NCBI GenBank assembly: GCA_048128005.1
Contig: JBEUKZ010000084.1
Coordinates: forward strand, 372,001-436,000
DNA: 64,000 nt
Source: Veleropilina oligotropha
Taxonomy: Eukaryota
Reading direction: 5' to 3'
The notes below the pieces were generated by a model. That model did not search any database. It saw only the letters and a program-made list of their open reading frames with translations, and was not told where the DNA came from. Positions within the stretch are counted from its first letter, which is position 1. Every line of letters starts with the position of its first letter. The translations under genes were made by a program, and so were the position numbers. This document shows, piece by piece, positions 31,839 through 46,719 of this stretch.

Positions 31839-32079
31839 AACTTTGAATTGAGGTCTCGTGACTTCTATTGTTCAGAAGTCTCGCGAGACTTGGCGAAGTC
31901 TCGCTAGGGAACGTGATGGGATAGGAGCAGGGGAGGTAACCGTGTGCTTTTTTGGCTTATTAACGGTGCATTATGGGACATATTCACCATTTCCGGTTTG
32001 GGCGATAATATACTATTATGGCAAGAGTAAGGACGTAAGTATGTTTTATACTAATATTAGGTTTACATTAAAACCTCAT
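31839..32079 (-). repeat. E3 right ITR plus extension
   Basis: Inverted copy of 24621-24841. Confidence 0.9.
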
Positions 32080-32262
32080 TTTTATTCATTTTAATGTTAG
32101 AAAATAGGAGGGACTCAGGGAAGATATGGTAACTATTACTAACTGTTCTCCCTCAATAAATAAAGATTTATTATTATTATAATCGATCGTAAGGTTGATT
32201 GCATTGAATCAGAGCTTTCATTCTAGTTTGTAGTAATACATTAAATATATGTATATTTTTAG

Positions 32263-32336
32263 GACGACAGTGATGGCCATTGGCGCTTTCTTGGAAGCGT
32301 TTCAGAAAGTTGCAGATATTGCAACTGGATCAAAAG
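32263..32336 (+). CDS. MTSS1: MTSS1-like exon (TTVMAIGAFLEAFQKVADIATGSK)
   Basis: ttttag / gtaagt splice sites; AFQKVAD is the IMD hallmark. Confidence 0.93.
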
Positions 32337-32969
32337 GTAAGTTTTAAAAATATTGTCTGAAGAGTCCAGATTTCATTACCTTATTTTTGGTTCCCATGCA
32401 TACATAATATTTAACTGTCTTACACACACGAGTCCCTGAGAAGAAATATCTGCATTTACATTTGTTTTTGCAAATATGATCGATGGTGATATACTTCACA
32501 CTGATTCCCCTCTGAGTGCTGTAATCCGGATAGTTTCAAGTTGTGTTGACTGGACTGGCAGTATAGTACGATAAGAGATATTAGTCCAGATGAGACCATA
32601 CTATAGCACGCAGCCAACCCGGGGCACATTCTTTGTCACAGTGAGTGGCTTCTTGTGACTTGAAGAAAATAAAATGTCTGCAATATTCCATGTTTTGAGG
32701 CCTGGTGGTATTACCGAATAAAAGCACATTGATTGATATATTGTTTTTAAAGTAACGATCATGTGACATGGATGAAATATGCAAGGAACCTCGATGGAAT
32801 GTGTAAATAAAATAATAACATTAATTGTTTGGAGTTTTATATTGCACTCTAGCTAGACTCCATCTCAGCTCTCTATGAGAGAATATTACAGTCAAGCTGC
32901 CACTAGCGAGTGCTACGACTAACTAACCAGGTACTCACTTAGGTCAGCTGGATGATCCAAGGTACATAA

Positions 32970-34000
32970 TTGGATCCCCCGAAACGAAAGTGGCGGGGGA
33001 TACTATGGTTTAGAGTCCGTTACGCTGCGTCCGCCGAGAGATTCCTCGTGATCGCTCTACGCAGGCTGTTTCTTTTAAACTGAATGTTTTCAAATTTGGT
33101 ATGTGCATTGGTTGGGGCGAGGACACGACACCTATAGATTGTGGATGTGGTCCGCCCTCCAAGATGGCCGCTGTGGCCTCCATCTTGAATTTTAAGCATA
33201 ATTCCTTGTGATCGCTCTAGACAGGCTATTTCTTAATGCAATGTTTTCAAATTTGGCCTGTGCGTGCATTGGTTGCGGCGAGGACACGACACCTAACTAT
33301 TTTGGGTGTGGTCCGACCTCCAAGATGGTCGCCACAGCCACCATAATTGCTTGTGATCGCTCTAGACAGGTCATTTCTTAACGGAATGTTTTCAAATTTG
33401 GTATGTGCATTGGTTTGGGTGAGGACACTACACTTAAAGATCTCGGGTGTTCACCGACCTCCGAGATGGCCGCCGTCAAGAGATTATTCGTGATTGCTCT
33501 ATACAGGTCATTTCTTAACGGAATGTTTTCAAATTTGGTAGGCGGCTTCGGTAGCGCAGTGGGTAGAGTGTCCACTCTAAATTCACTGGCTTGATTCCGC
33601 TAATGCGAACAATAGTGGGTTCAATACTTGGCTGAGGCACTGAAATTTGTTCAAGTTATGAATCACAGTTGTCCGTGACTGGCCGAAGAGTGACTGGCCG
33701 AAGAGGGCGGGTTTACCCGGGCGACCGGGGTTTCCTCCCGCGATAACACGGACATGTCCTGCCTTGAACCTCGATGTTGTAAATATACAGGACATTAAGC
33801 ATCTTACCTCCCTCCCTCAAATTTGGTATGTGCATTGATTTGGGTGGGGACACAACACCTATAGATGTTTGGTGTGATCCGGCCTCCAAGATGGCTGCTG
33901 TGGCCGCCATCTTGGATTTTAAAGCATATTCCTTGTGATCGCTCTAGACCGGTCATTACCGGGGGGGATACATATGCGGTCACTCATGACTGAGCATCTA
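32970..34000 (+). mobile_element. Helentron-like non-autonomous element with internal tandem units, interrupted by a SINE
   Basis: 5' hairpin atccccc...gggggat, repeated units gatcgctcta...caaatttggtatgtgcattg...ccaagatggc, terminal gggggatac. Confidence 0.6.
33541..33816 (+). mobile_element. tRNA-derived SINE
   Basis: A-box tagcgcagtgg, B-box-like ggttcaatac, C/T-rich tail, 12-bp target duplication tcaaatttggta (33529-33540 / 33817-33828); second copy at 56585. Confidence 0.85.
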
Positions 34001-34671
34001 GTTATATATGCTTAATCCTTGCCCAAGGGAATTCGCCGTAACTAGCATTGAACCCGTAACCTCTCTTTGAGAGGCCTGTGCTCGACCACTGAGCCACGCG
34101 GGCACTGCAATAAATATAAATTGATAGATATTTAGCTCCCCTCCATGTCGACTGCATTATCAGTATTTGCAATGCAGGCAAGTATACTGTTCTGTGACCT
34201 GTGCAACCATCTTCATCCATTTGAAGAGTACTATATGTATCCTATATGTGATAAAAATTTCGCTAGCGATGAATCTGTCGACATTTTGAGAATCTGAATC
34301 AGGAATATGTGGTGTAAGATAAGTCAATGGTGACCATTCCTCGCTGCTTTTAATTATATGCACTTCCGCATGGTTGGCCAGTGAAAGTTCTCACCAAATT
34401 GCTTTTTGCTGATGCCAAACATTATATCTTGGTGTGCAAAACAATAACTGGCTGTGTTTTCTTGTCTACAAATAGCTTGCATTTTGGCGGTGGCCTGAGC
34501 TGGTTCTGTTTTGGGAGTCCATTAGCTAGGGGGGGTTGAAGGCCAGTGAAAGCTGGGAGGATTCTTCTGGATAATCTGGTTCAGCTGCAACGCATCTATG
34601 ATAATGATGGGCTCATTGTTGTATTAGCGGACATTCTATTGTATGCAAATAAATAGTCTTAGGATATTGAA

Positions 34672-35531
34672 CAGGGGTTGAAATTCAAATTTGACACTGC
34701 TGGTCCCATGGACAGGCTAGTGAAAAAAACTGCCGGTCAATATGAACATACTGCCGGTCAAAATGTTGTCAAAATATTTTTTAGCGGTCCAATATTATTA
34801 AATTTCGTTTTTTGAAGCTAATTTACTAAATTGTCATGTAAATTAAGCATATTATACCCATTACTAAAATAAATATTCTGAACAAAATGTTTCTTACTTG
34901 TAGTACTGGTATTACTCGCCAGTCTCGTTTCTGGTGCTAGCGTCAAGGGTGTCTGTGACTTTGCCTTTGATCGTAAAACCGAATGCCATTTTGTAAACAC
35001 GTTCGAGGGGAGTTCACATTAATTTTTTGGACGACAAATAGTTGTATGAAATTAAGCGCAATTACTCAATAAATTTCGCCAAATACACGTTTAAACTGGT
35101 TTCTAAATTATATCGTCAAAATAAAGATAATAATATATATCTATTATTATACGAACTGCTCATAAACAGTGAGGTGGTCAAATTATTTCTCCCGCATTCA
35201 AGTCGGTGCTTCCCGTAAGGAAATCGGCGATCGATGAAGTAAACGGTGCGAGATTTACACACCTGTGAAATTCATGATTGTTCCTTCGATAAAGACGTTT
35301 AACTTTGGTGATGTGATTAAGCGTACGGTACAGCATAAGTTGATTAACACAACCAAGATATATATAACAAATATATGTGCTAGATAACAACAATCCTATT
35401 TTACAGACATGTGTGTCCGGCGATGTATTCTTTTGCCATCGGTCATAATGACCGATCGCAAATATATTTTGTCTGTCAAACTCGTATTGTTGCTGGTCAT
35501 GACCGGCATTTAATAGCTAATTTCGAGGCCT
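34672..35531. mobile_element. Probable non-autonomous DNA transposon
   Basis: Imperfect terminal inverted repeats caggggttgaaatt / aatttcgaggcctg, repeated subterminal ccggtca motifs. Confidence 0.4.
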
Positions 35532-37589
35532 GTTGAATGTCGTTAATATCAAGTTTACGAAAAGAATTCTTGGTCATCATGAGATGAGTATGATTGATTG
35601 CGGTGGTATGGAGCTGGCCGTATATGCTGTATCTTTACTTGCCCAAATACAAGAAATACCATCATTTGATCCACATTTTAAAAGATTTGTTATGAAACTT
35701 GCCAATAGAGTTGTGCATTGACTTTCATTTCATCATTTACCTTTGTCAATTTTATGATATATGAATATAATGCTAGAAATAGACTGTAAATCAGTGAAGT
35801 AATTGTGAAGTCGCGATAGCATGAGCTGCACACATTTGAATTAAAACTCCAAACTCACACTTTACTGTTTATTTGCATCATATTATTGCACCATTGTGTA
35901 GTGGTATAAATAGCGCAGATTAATTTCTGCAGCTGGTACTAAATAATAATTGATTCACAGGCCTAGGAGTTCTCTTGTGGTTTGACTTCAATGTACTGGT
36001 GCGTATAAGGTCTTATTTGGCGTGCATCATATGCCTCCCTGTGCAATTCGTCACGGGAGGTTTGTTTTAAATTCCATTCTCTCCGTACCAACGTAGGTTC
36101 TTTTATGTATTATTACTTCAAGTAAGTGCAATTAATGAACAGCGAAGCTACATGAAATTCCGATCATCTGACTGCTTCGATAACGATATATCAATTGCTG
36201 GTATGTTCGTGCCTGGGGCCCATGTCTATTCGTGATCGGAGAACTGTGGAGATGATTTCACAGATGACATGGCCGTCTTGATGATGTTTTATACCACTGC
36301 ACTCCAGCCTGATTATGGTTACAGACCCCGACCTATTTTGGAGTACCTTACCTCATAACCTGTCAGGCTATTAAATTGCACACTTAAATAGACAAACATT
36401 GACATTTATTAGTTGAATAGTTGGTCGTTTGTTATATTCTTTCAGAGTGTGTAATAGCCAAATCTCAGAAAATAATCATGATACTCATAGCATTGCTATT
36501 ATGTACACCTTATCGTTATAAATATGGAATAAGCATTGGGTTATGCTTTGCTTAGTTCAATAATTAAACGCGATTGATGATTTGTATTTTGGGTAAAAAC
36601 GTGTTAAGTTGTGGCCATATCCTGCACCTTGTCTGATTGTTAGGGCAGTGATGAAGAGTCAATGAAGCATGAAAATCTGTGCATGAGATCTTATGAAATC
36701 GCAACTATTCCTAACTTATGAACTCTGTAAGCATTTCTTCACCACACTTAGATATTTGATCGCTGCCTGAAGACAGCATTTGCTGTCTCTTAGCCTGATG
36801 TAACTCCTCAAACGGATATACTTGGGGCACAACTTTTCTGGATTATGCCGTTTCTGCTTGTTTTAAATTTATGGAAAATATTAATTTACATTAAAAGCTG
36901 GAAATTTATCTTTCAAGTACCCCATATTTGTAAAGTTCTACTTTCGATGTTTTGCAAAATACGTACATGGCAGTCACGTTATAATCAAGGATTTGAGTAA
37001 AAGATCCATTCATTGAACCATTCACCTGGAGATAATTATTTTTCTTGGGTACACGTGGTGTCGTCACTCTTTTTGTATTATTTCATGACAAGCTCAATAT
37101 TTGCACTAAGCCATGTGATATCTTTTGATGTATTATTCTCCTTTGTCAAAACTTTCATTCAATCATTTCAATGGTAAAAGACAGAAAACACCTGGCATTT
37201 CTTGATGTCAAGGTCGCCTGGATGGATCCATTCTGCCGGATTGTCCATGATTATTAGTGATGCTTAGTGATGCATTACGGTACGTACTCTGATTCAGTGG
37301 TGCATATTTTGATGTGTTTTGCTGAAAACTGGATTTATCCAATATATCACGCTAGGCACATAACTGTTAATTCTTGTGGATGAGATACGCATAAAAAAGC
37401 ATATAAAGGTAGTACAAATTATTTAATTATAAATGAGAGATTTAAATAAGCAAATATGGTGATTGAAAATGAGACAATTAAGGGATTTATCAGATGTACA
37501 TAATGATGAATTTAAAAAATAAAAGGAAGCAGGTGCTATAAAAATTGGGAGTGGCACTACTATATATGGCATTATATTTATTACAAGGA

Positions 37590-38110
37590 TTGTTGTCTCG
37601 CTCGTATGGAAAGAGACTAGAGGTATTGCTTTTCTGTCGGTGACGCCATCGTCAACAATTGTTAATGTTTTGCGTTTAGCTCTGTTTCTCAAAAAGTATA
37701 TATGTTCTAGATCAACATAACTTGGACCATAGATGCGTCATGGGCACTGTTGTTTACGGAATGCTTCGGATGCTTGATGTATAACCTAGATTTTATGTAC
37801 TGTGACTTTGTTAACATACTAATCTGTGTTAAGTTTTTGGGTTTAGCTCCGTTTCTCACAAAGTATAAGTTCTAGATCAACATAACTTGGACCATAGATG
37901 CTTCATGGGCACTGTTGTTTAATGAATGCTTCGGATGCGTGATATATAACCTAGATTTTATGTACCATGTCTTTGTCAACATAGTAATCTGTGTTAAGTT
38001 TTTGGGTTTAGCTCTCTTTCTCAAAAAGTATGTGTTCTAGATCAAATAAACTTCTACCATAGATGCTTGATAAGTGTATGAGCTGAGGGAGGCACATACA
38101 TATTAATCAT
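37590..38110 (+). repeat. Helentron-like element with ~170-bp tandem units
   Basis: Repeated gtttagctc...gttctagatcaa...ccatagatgc units. Confidence 0.55.
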
Positions 38111-39599
38111 TCCGATTCCCCCCACCCCCTCATGCTCACCCCCTCCCCCGTTCAAAAAAAAATAAATTATGAAGAAGTTACATGATTTATTTTTGCTATG
38201 CCTACACACTATAGCAGTTATTCTGAAAAGTTTCATTATGCCTTGAAATATTGAGGATAGAAAAGAAGCAGATATCGTTATGTAAGTATTATGTTTGTAT
38301 GATGAAAGGGACATATGCTTATCTGTAATACTTGCTCACTGCCGATAGGCACAGTAAGCTTTTAAGCTTAATGGTCACTCTGAGAAACTGTGATTATCAA
38401 AATCAGATGGATTTTGAAAACTGGCTTCCCATTGGTTTATTCCATGGGTATCTTGTGATGGCAGTATATATTGCCATAACAAGAACAGACTGAATCCAGT
38501 GTCTAATATCACCCTCCTCAACTGGTGGTCAAGGTTCAAGTCATTATATCCCCGTACTATTGTCCGGGATACTATTTTGTCATGGTTTGGCTGCTAAATA
38601 TGTTTAATCTCGAGCAATATAATAATAAGATTTTGTATTTAGTTGAGCCGTTGACGGAGAAACTATTGTATTGAGGCTGTCTGTGTGGTGGTGTATGTCC
38701 ACGATGACTTTACATGGCTCAACTATGCTTCCTCTCGGATGCGCTTGTTTAATGAAGGATTGCTATGGTTATTGCAATTCCATACTATTCTGATCTTTGA
38801 ATAACATCTCCACTGATTTCAGTTTCGCTGTCAATGTGTTGTCCTCGTGTCCTTGTCTGGGTAGAATTAATTCTATTATTAAATCATTAATCGCATTGCA
38901 TGTGTTTTAACTTTTTGTGCATATGCTGACCGCCTTGATAAACTCGCGCCATATGTTCGCTTTTGTACCCCCATTGTGTGCTGACAGTTTACATGGTTTT
39001 GACGTCGTGATATAATCATTGCTCTTTGCCGCCATCGGTCTAGAGTAGAGACATCTGGTGGGCACACTGTATCTGGAGCTCATACTCCTGGTGTAATTCA
39101 CTGGACTGGATTCTATAAAAAGGTATTGATCATGAAGCCTTGGAGAAGAGTTCCAGATGACATGGAGCCATTGTGTGGCTGGCAAAGGAACCGACTGAAA
39201 CAAACAGGGTGTCGTTGATGCTATATCTGGCGATTAGTGACTCCCATGTTGCTCTTTTATGTAACGCTGGCATATTCAACACAGCAACGTGCAACAAACA
39301 GATGTGATCTCCTGTCTGAGTTAAGCTAATGTCTGATCCATAAAGGCGCAATGCAATAATATTGGGATTTGCGTAGTTTGACATGCGGGTATTAGGTAAT
39401 CTCATTATTTCTCTTGAGTGCAACGGCAAATGTTGTTAATAATTATGATAGCAGCAATTTAATGAGAAATGTTTTATGACATATCGATGTATCTGATACA
39501 CTGACACTGGAGTTCTGATATTGTCCAGACATTCAAACTCGGACAGGCAGACGGAATCCCAGGCTGTCTGTAAACTAGACTGTTTTGGCTACTGTTTGC

Positions 39600-39990
39600 C
39601 AGTCAGTCTGTCTGTTATGGGTTACAGTCTGTTTGTAATCTCTGGGTGACAGTCTTTGAAAGTTCTGAGTTCGGTCTCTTAGATCCGAGTTCCACACTGT
39701 TTGCATGCACAGAGTTACAGTTTGTTTGTATGATCTGAGTTACAGTCTGTTTGTAAGCTCCAAGTTACAGTCTATTTGTAAGATCTGAGTTACAGTCTGT
39801 TTGAAAGTTGCGAGTTACAGTCTGTAAACTCGGAGTCACAGCCAGTTTGCAAGCACACAGTTAATTTGTTTGCAAGCTATGGGTTACAGTTCAGTAGAAA
39901 GTTACAGTCTGTTTGCAAGATCTTAGTTACAGTCTGTTTGTAATTAAGCTCTGTGTTACAGTCTTTTTGAAGACCTGGAGTATTAGACTG
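39600..39990 (+). repeat. Degenerate ~25-bp minisatellite (gagttacagtctgtttgtaagatct)
   Basis: Many imperfect copies of ttacagtctgtttg. Confidence 0.7.
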
Positions 39991-42900
39991 AAGTTCTAAG
40001 CTGTTACATATATGATTGAAAATGGTTGATAAATGATGTATGGTTAGCATATATAAAAGTCATCCCCAGACTGCTTATATGTGAAGATGATATTGAGGAA
40101 CAAGTTCATTATATATACACTGTTGTTTAATTTATCCATATAATTTGTTTTTATTTGATATTTCACAATAGAATCAATCTATTTGAGTAATGTAAACAAG
40201 ATCAACCCGAGGTCATGGCTGCCAATTATTTGGCGAGCACCTGGGTTCAATCTCCTGTAATCAGCGAGAATGGCTTGATTAGATTAAGGTGCTGTTTTAG
40301 TGCAGGACATTAACGATGCACTCTCTGACCAACACTAGATGTGTTCGTAGTTGCAGGTCCTCGAAGAAAAATCATGCCCTTCGGGTAGGGTATATTCATC
40401 GGAGAATGTTCCTGTGTGTGTATGCTATTCAGAGCTATTTGAGTACCATCACTCTGTTGTCAAGATCCTGTTAATAATTTACTCTGTCAGCTAGTTCTAA
40501 TGAACTTAACCGCTCAGTAACCCTAGAACAGAACCCGGGCTATAGTGTATGAACAAATTCTGGATATGTTTTTAGTCCTTTGGAAAATGTTCACAGAAAA
40601 TGTGCTGAAAAGCAACATATGGACGCTCTATATTGCATTACAGCCAAGGGCTCCATGAAATATTACTGGTGACATTATGCAGGGCTTACGACAGGCACTG
40701 TAAACATAGCATTTTTTCTGCCAAAATTTATTTATCTGTCAAAAATTGTATTGGAAATTAAGCCAGTGTACCAGATGACATTTGTACTGTGTGACTTTGT
40801 GAATAATAGTGTTCACATGCCATGCTATGCAACGCTTTAGGGAAATTACATTGCTGCAAGGAATGAACAAGGAATAACTCGTGGTCATTTGCTTGCCGAG
40901 ATGATAATATTAGGAGCAAACTTTTGAATTACGTTTCAAGTGTATATTTAACCCAATCTGCAGATTAGTTTTTTTTACACTGGAACTTGCTTTTCTTCTG
41001 AATGTTTTGATAATTATCAGAGGATAGTGTTGCATTGTGGCAGGTGATTAGCACAACACTCTGTTGGCCACTTGACCTTGTTACACCCTTGGTGGTCACT
41101 AATTGTTCTGTTGTGTCCAGCTGACAGCCCATGCTGTCTTGTTAGAATGATATGCCCTATGGCGTGGTGGCTGATGAGGCTAGTTTGGCTGTGGGCACAA
41201 TGACCAAAGAAACAACCATTTATTGGATGGAGTTCGAAGCCTCGGTTTGACCAGTAACCTAACGGTTATGGCGTCCAGTATATTTTTATGGTTTTCTTAT
41301 AAATTTATCATGTTAAACAGGACAATGAAATTCAATTAAAATCATTAAAATCATTCTGCATATTGCTGTATAAGTAACTTGCCTTTAAACAGACTACTCT
41401 CTGTTATAAGGGATTAATGTGTTAACTTGTCTGCGTGGTGATGAATATGTCAACTTTATAATTGCATGTTGTTCCCAGCTTCAATGGATCATATAACGCA
41501 TATGTCCTGTTCTAGCATAGGATTTCTGACTGTGCATTACCCTCTGTGATAACTTGACTGCATTTAGATTTGATAAGGTCAGACTTGATATCATGCATTT
41601 ATGTAAACAGCGAAACAGTTTTTTGCCCCCTGTAGCGGCCTATCATTGGCCATATTGAAGTGTCTGGTACTGGAGATAAACACTGTCTTGAAGTGTCCCT
41701 TTGGCATATAATTAGTGGATAACTGATGTCGATACATAGACGGGTATGACAACCCATAGGAATTTCGGATCTCAACCGGCCACTGATAAATTCCAGCTGT
41801 ACTGTGTGACTCATTGTAGATTAATTTTCCTCAGCTGGATTTATGTCATGTAGCATAACTGAATATTTGAAATATTGAGGCGAGATTTGAGGGCAATTAG
41901 GGTGGAAAGATTGACTCTTGAGAGAGTGTCAGGGCTATTCAAACCCAGGGGACTCAGATTAGGGATGATTGACACTTGCATGCATAAAGATTGGAAGATA
42001 ATTGACCTGTGTATGCATAAAGATTACAAGATAATTATTTACGAATTGTACACTGATACATTGGCACAAGGCAGAATGTTCCGGTAGAATATTTTGATTA
42101 TTCTGGATTTTTTTGCCTTTTAAATTTTAAGTCTCCGAGATTTAATTTTGCTGGTTATTTATGACAAAGCTACAAAAACACTAGCTCATCCTTTATCAAA
42201 GTCAAGTCGGTAACTGTGTTGCACCAATTATTATGTGACTATTGACAACGATTAACCATCTCACGATTAACCCGTGCACCACAGTTTTTAAACTGGCCAA
42301 GAGTGTGGGCGGTAAGTTTATACAGGACTATGGTTTGGCATCTGATCCAGCCCAGTGGTGATAGGGTTAAATGTTTAATTCCAGAAAACCTGAAACTGTC
42401 GCTAAGAATTATGAACAACTGGTAAGAACATTGGATGCATGATAAGGGTTTCCTTGAAATGCCTGTTCCTGAATTCATGTTATGAGATTATTGAGCTCAG
42501 CATGGATATTATGAAAGCATCTCTGCCACCAACATATAATGCTTATGTACTTGGCTTCCTGTGCTATGTTTAACCTGTTCATAAGCTATTATTACCTAGC
42601 TTTATCTGTTGCAGCATTATCTATTTGGTTAAAGATTACCGTGTTGGTGAATACAATGGCCTATTGTTGCATGTGTTTTGCCGGTCTATATAGTCGTGAT
42701 ATATGACTATGTGCTGTTACCCGATATCTGTCTAGATAGTCTCATATATGCGCTGATGCCTGTTGCAATAGCGTTATTATCTATCATGATCCCACGTAGA
42801 TGCCACATTCGTAAATTGTAATTATCTATCAGCTATCTGTAATAAACGGTTATTTCCTGCTGTGGAAAATGAAAAATTTCATGTTTCCCAGTTAATGAGA

Positions 42901-45417
42901 CTGCCGATAATTGAGTAACAGAGTTGTTAGCTATCCGGGAACAACTCTTGACATTTCTTTTGTCTGATATTGGTATATCGCCATTAATCATCACAGCAGT
43001 CATCTTCGTATTGACCACAGCATGATTTCTGACCAAAGGCAATGGTCAGTTAATGGCCGTGTGCCGAGAATTGAATGTCACACAATATGCAATGTCTTGG
43101 TATTAGGATCAATACCGGGCTATTTTTAGTCGCCGAGAAAGATGGATGGCACTACATAGCAGGAATTAAGACGTTCGATTTAACGCGAACCTTGTCAATT
43201 GGAAGTAAGCTTTAGTTGAGGGCGCGTCAGTTGGGACGTCTTAATATTAATGCGGAAGTACGGAAATAGTCTCCTGCCTGCCTGGGCTGAAGATTTACAG
43301 CAAATACTTGTAGAGATATGGGCAAATAGGAAGCATGATCATATATATTCTGTGTAAATCATGTGTGTAATGTGGTGAATTAAATGACAAGTTACAGACA
43401 CCATGGAAACAGTTTCCGTTTACTGAATATAATAATCTTTTTTGACATGGGTTTATATTACTTCAATTGTAGTTGGTGGAGTTTGGTGTCTTTTTCTGAC
43501 TGTCTATATAATATAATATTACATGTATAGATGTTTACAAATTTTTGTTGCAAATGGTTAACATTCATTTATACTGTGATTCACCAGTTAACTACAATTG
43601 TTTACTTTTGCCCCAAGTTCAGCAAGTAAAGTGGCTTGCTTACAATTCCATTCACAAGCCAATGGCACGCAGAGACTCTGGGTGTGTACTTGTTTATAAC
43701 ACCATAAGTATGGAATTTAAGGATTACCATAATTTACGGCTAGGAAGGTCATTATTTTGTTGGTCCAATATATATAAACTACAAGTTATCAGTTATGTTA
43801 ATCTTGCAATAGCAGCGATGTTTGTGCTAGTTTGTATCATTTTGAATAAGCATGTCATGTAGTTGTTCCACTGTCAGATAGCTCTCCCTTGTCGATTTGG
43901 TAGTTGGTGAGATCAGGTTACAAGATGTTAAACCAAAGGACCGTAGGTATGAGTCATTCAATGTAGGAAGTCGTTTATGCATACAGAAGACTTATCATTA
44001 AACCTGATGGGTGGGTGGAGTGGGGGGGGGGGTGTTTCCTCGGGCAACCGGGTTCATTCCGCGATGATATGGACTTGTCCTGGTGTGAACCTGAAGGTTT
44101 TTAAAAACATGACATTATGCATCGATCCAAGGCAATCTTTGGACAGATAGATACTTGTCATAATCTAATGCAAGATTAACCCACTCAGTGTCTGTAGGGT
44201 GTAATGTAAGGGCTGGAATCCCCGAATGGTCAGCTTGCTACCCCTGCCTGTGGCTTGCCTGGCATTAGCCTGATGACCATCTATGTCTGCAGGGCTCCCA
44301 ACAATAGCATCCAGACCCCATCTGCTATGGCCAGCCGGGATCCTGGGATACTATTCTCGGCCTAGAGCATTCCTAATCAGCCGGTGTTATGATGAACCTC
44401 CACCATTGCGGGATACTCTTACAAGATGTGTTTTAAGATAAACACTAGACAGTGTCTGGCTTCATGAGTAATCATGGACAAAGCAAAGAGCAAATAAATA
44501 GGGGAGAGCAACAAATAATAAATCTCGGGTCACTAAGGTCAGGTTAATCAAGAACAAAGAGCTGTTGACATTGTGTGGAACTCTCAAGATTAAAGTACTA
44601 CTCGGTTTCAAGTTCAGCTAATATTTTTTGACAATTTCATGTATAGTACTTATATTGTATACTGGATATGTTTGTGTTTAGATGTTGAACGTTTAGTATC
44701 ATGAAAATTAAAGATCTTTTTTCATCTGCTCCATTTAATATTTCTCAAATACGATATGTGTATTTATACAGCATACTTGAGTATGTCTTTTACCTGTTCA
44801 TTCATGAATCACCAAAAGCTTAAAACAAATATTATTAAACATGTTTAGGCATACCGACAGAACATAGCTTAAACTGTTTGTTTACTCCAGTTAGCTTCTT
44901 TTGTTGTGATTTTATTCACATCACCTGCCATGTACACCCTTTTCCATTGCTAGGCAGTTGACAGGGGATGAGTGAACTCCCATAATATCCACCCCGATTT
45001 ACCAGAGCACCCTTGATGCACGCCCCATGTTGAATCAATGCTCCATATGCCTGCTCTGGTGTCCTCTCAGAAATTAATGGGCTTTTGTCTGGTTCTGACT
45101 AGAGCAAACAGTTGAAATGAGTTTGCACAGTCAAGTTTAGCAGAGAAAGCAAACAGGCAGGCATTATTACTCCTTCATTGGTGTGTCGCAAGGGAGTTCC
45201 ATACACAACATGCAGAGATTGTCTAGTGGCACACTATTTAAATGGGTTCATGCATACATGAGCTTTGAATACAGAGAAGATTTGCATATAATGCCTTGAA
45301 AAAGTGTGCATAACTATAAGTGTCAATTGAGCTGATATTGGTTGAGTGGGATCAAGTTCTCAGGTCTGTGACTGTGTGGAGTTAATGATCACAATTGTCC
45401 GTAGGGGGGGGGGGGGG

Positions 45418-45775
45418 GGGTTAGCCCTGTCTTCGGATTCCAATTCGCCAAATTTTATTCGCCAAGTGTATTGTTGTCCATATTTGCAGTGGCTCATTTG
45501 TACAATATGTCACATATTGTTCTCCCTATAATAACTGTTTAATAACGAAAAGCATTGTTATATTTTAGATTTTAATAAATCAACAATTTAAAACTGTCGT
45601 ATCGTAACAGTTCATGTCAATCGAGACGCCATGAATGGTAAGAGGCTATTTCCAATTAAAACGTTTGGTTTTGTTTCGAGAAAATAATTATTTAAATGAA
45701 TAATAAATTTTTTATTCGCCAAATTTAAGCAAATTTCGGCATTGGCGAATTTGGCGCATGACAGAGCTAACCCTG
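45418..45775. mobile_element. MITE of the CAGGGTTAGC family
   Basis: gggttagccc...gctaaccctg with attcgccaa subterminal motifs, as at 22146. Confidence 0.55.
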
Positions 45776-46719
45776 GGGGGGACAGCATGGGTCGACAAGT
45801 GGATATGGTGCTCATATACAAACTGATGGATTTTGACTGTACATATGTTTATATATATATGAAGTATTGAATGTCTGTGCATTTGTCCTTGAATTTGTTT
45901 TATTTCACAAATCATAGTTCTCTGTCTCGCTACATTTTATTCATATTTCACATATTTTCATGTTAAAAAAATGTGTACCCTTCGCACTCCTTACATGATT
46001 TATGAAGGTTTTGCACCACAAACGCTCTGGATGCATGACATTGCCTGGGTTTTGAAGGTCAAGGTGGCTTTGATCTCGGCAGCCATGACAGTGATGCGTT
46101 ACCTTTAATGGTCAACTGACGATCGCTCCAGCAGGCCCGTCTCTGTCATCAGCATTTCCAGCGAGCGCTATATTCGTCCCAGTTGCCAGCTTTACATCAT
46201 GTGTAATTAGTACACCCAGCCTCTTTCTGGCGTGTTTGCCGAACATGTCGTTGGCACTGGCCTTGAAACTCCATTGTTGGATAATGAACTCTTTAGATTC
46301 TCTAAGCACTTTGTGATTTGTTGCGAAAACTTGGTTTGATTTACTCTTTGTACTGTATCCAAATGTGACGGGTGCATGCAATTTTGACACCTAATTGCAA
46401 GCAATGAAGATCAATCTGGCCGGTTTCCAGGACAGGGTAAACTCTGGGCTGTCACAGCACTGGTCTCTGTGTGAACAGAGAGGGGTGGTGTGTTCTCGGT
46501 CCAACTACCTGCATACCGCTGGTGGATGGCCCACTCATAGCAGGCATGCCAGGAAACTAGCCGATGTTGGCATGAGAACATATCATGGGATTATTCTATG
46601 CAGAGAGCAAATAGGAAAAATTATTTATCGCCATAAAATGCTGACAAAATATGTATTCCTGGTGTTCGTTCGAATGATTTGTTACAAGTGATTTGCAATT
46701 ATCTGATTTTTGCATCATT

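Larger units (their letters stand above)
24621..32079 (+). mobile_element. Full-length DIRS-type retrotransposon E3, in an MTSS1 intron
   Basis: ITRs 24621-24841 / 31839-32079, ICR 31688-31778; CAT at both junctions. Confidence 0.96.

Noticed and set aside
33541..33640. tRNA gene
   Set aside because: The head lacks a proper cloverleaf and continues into a SINE body with tail and target duplication.
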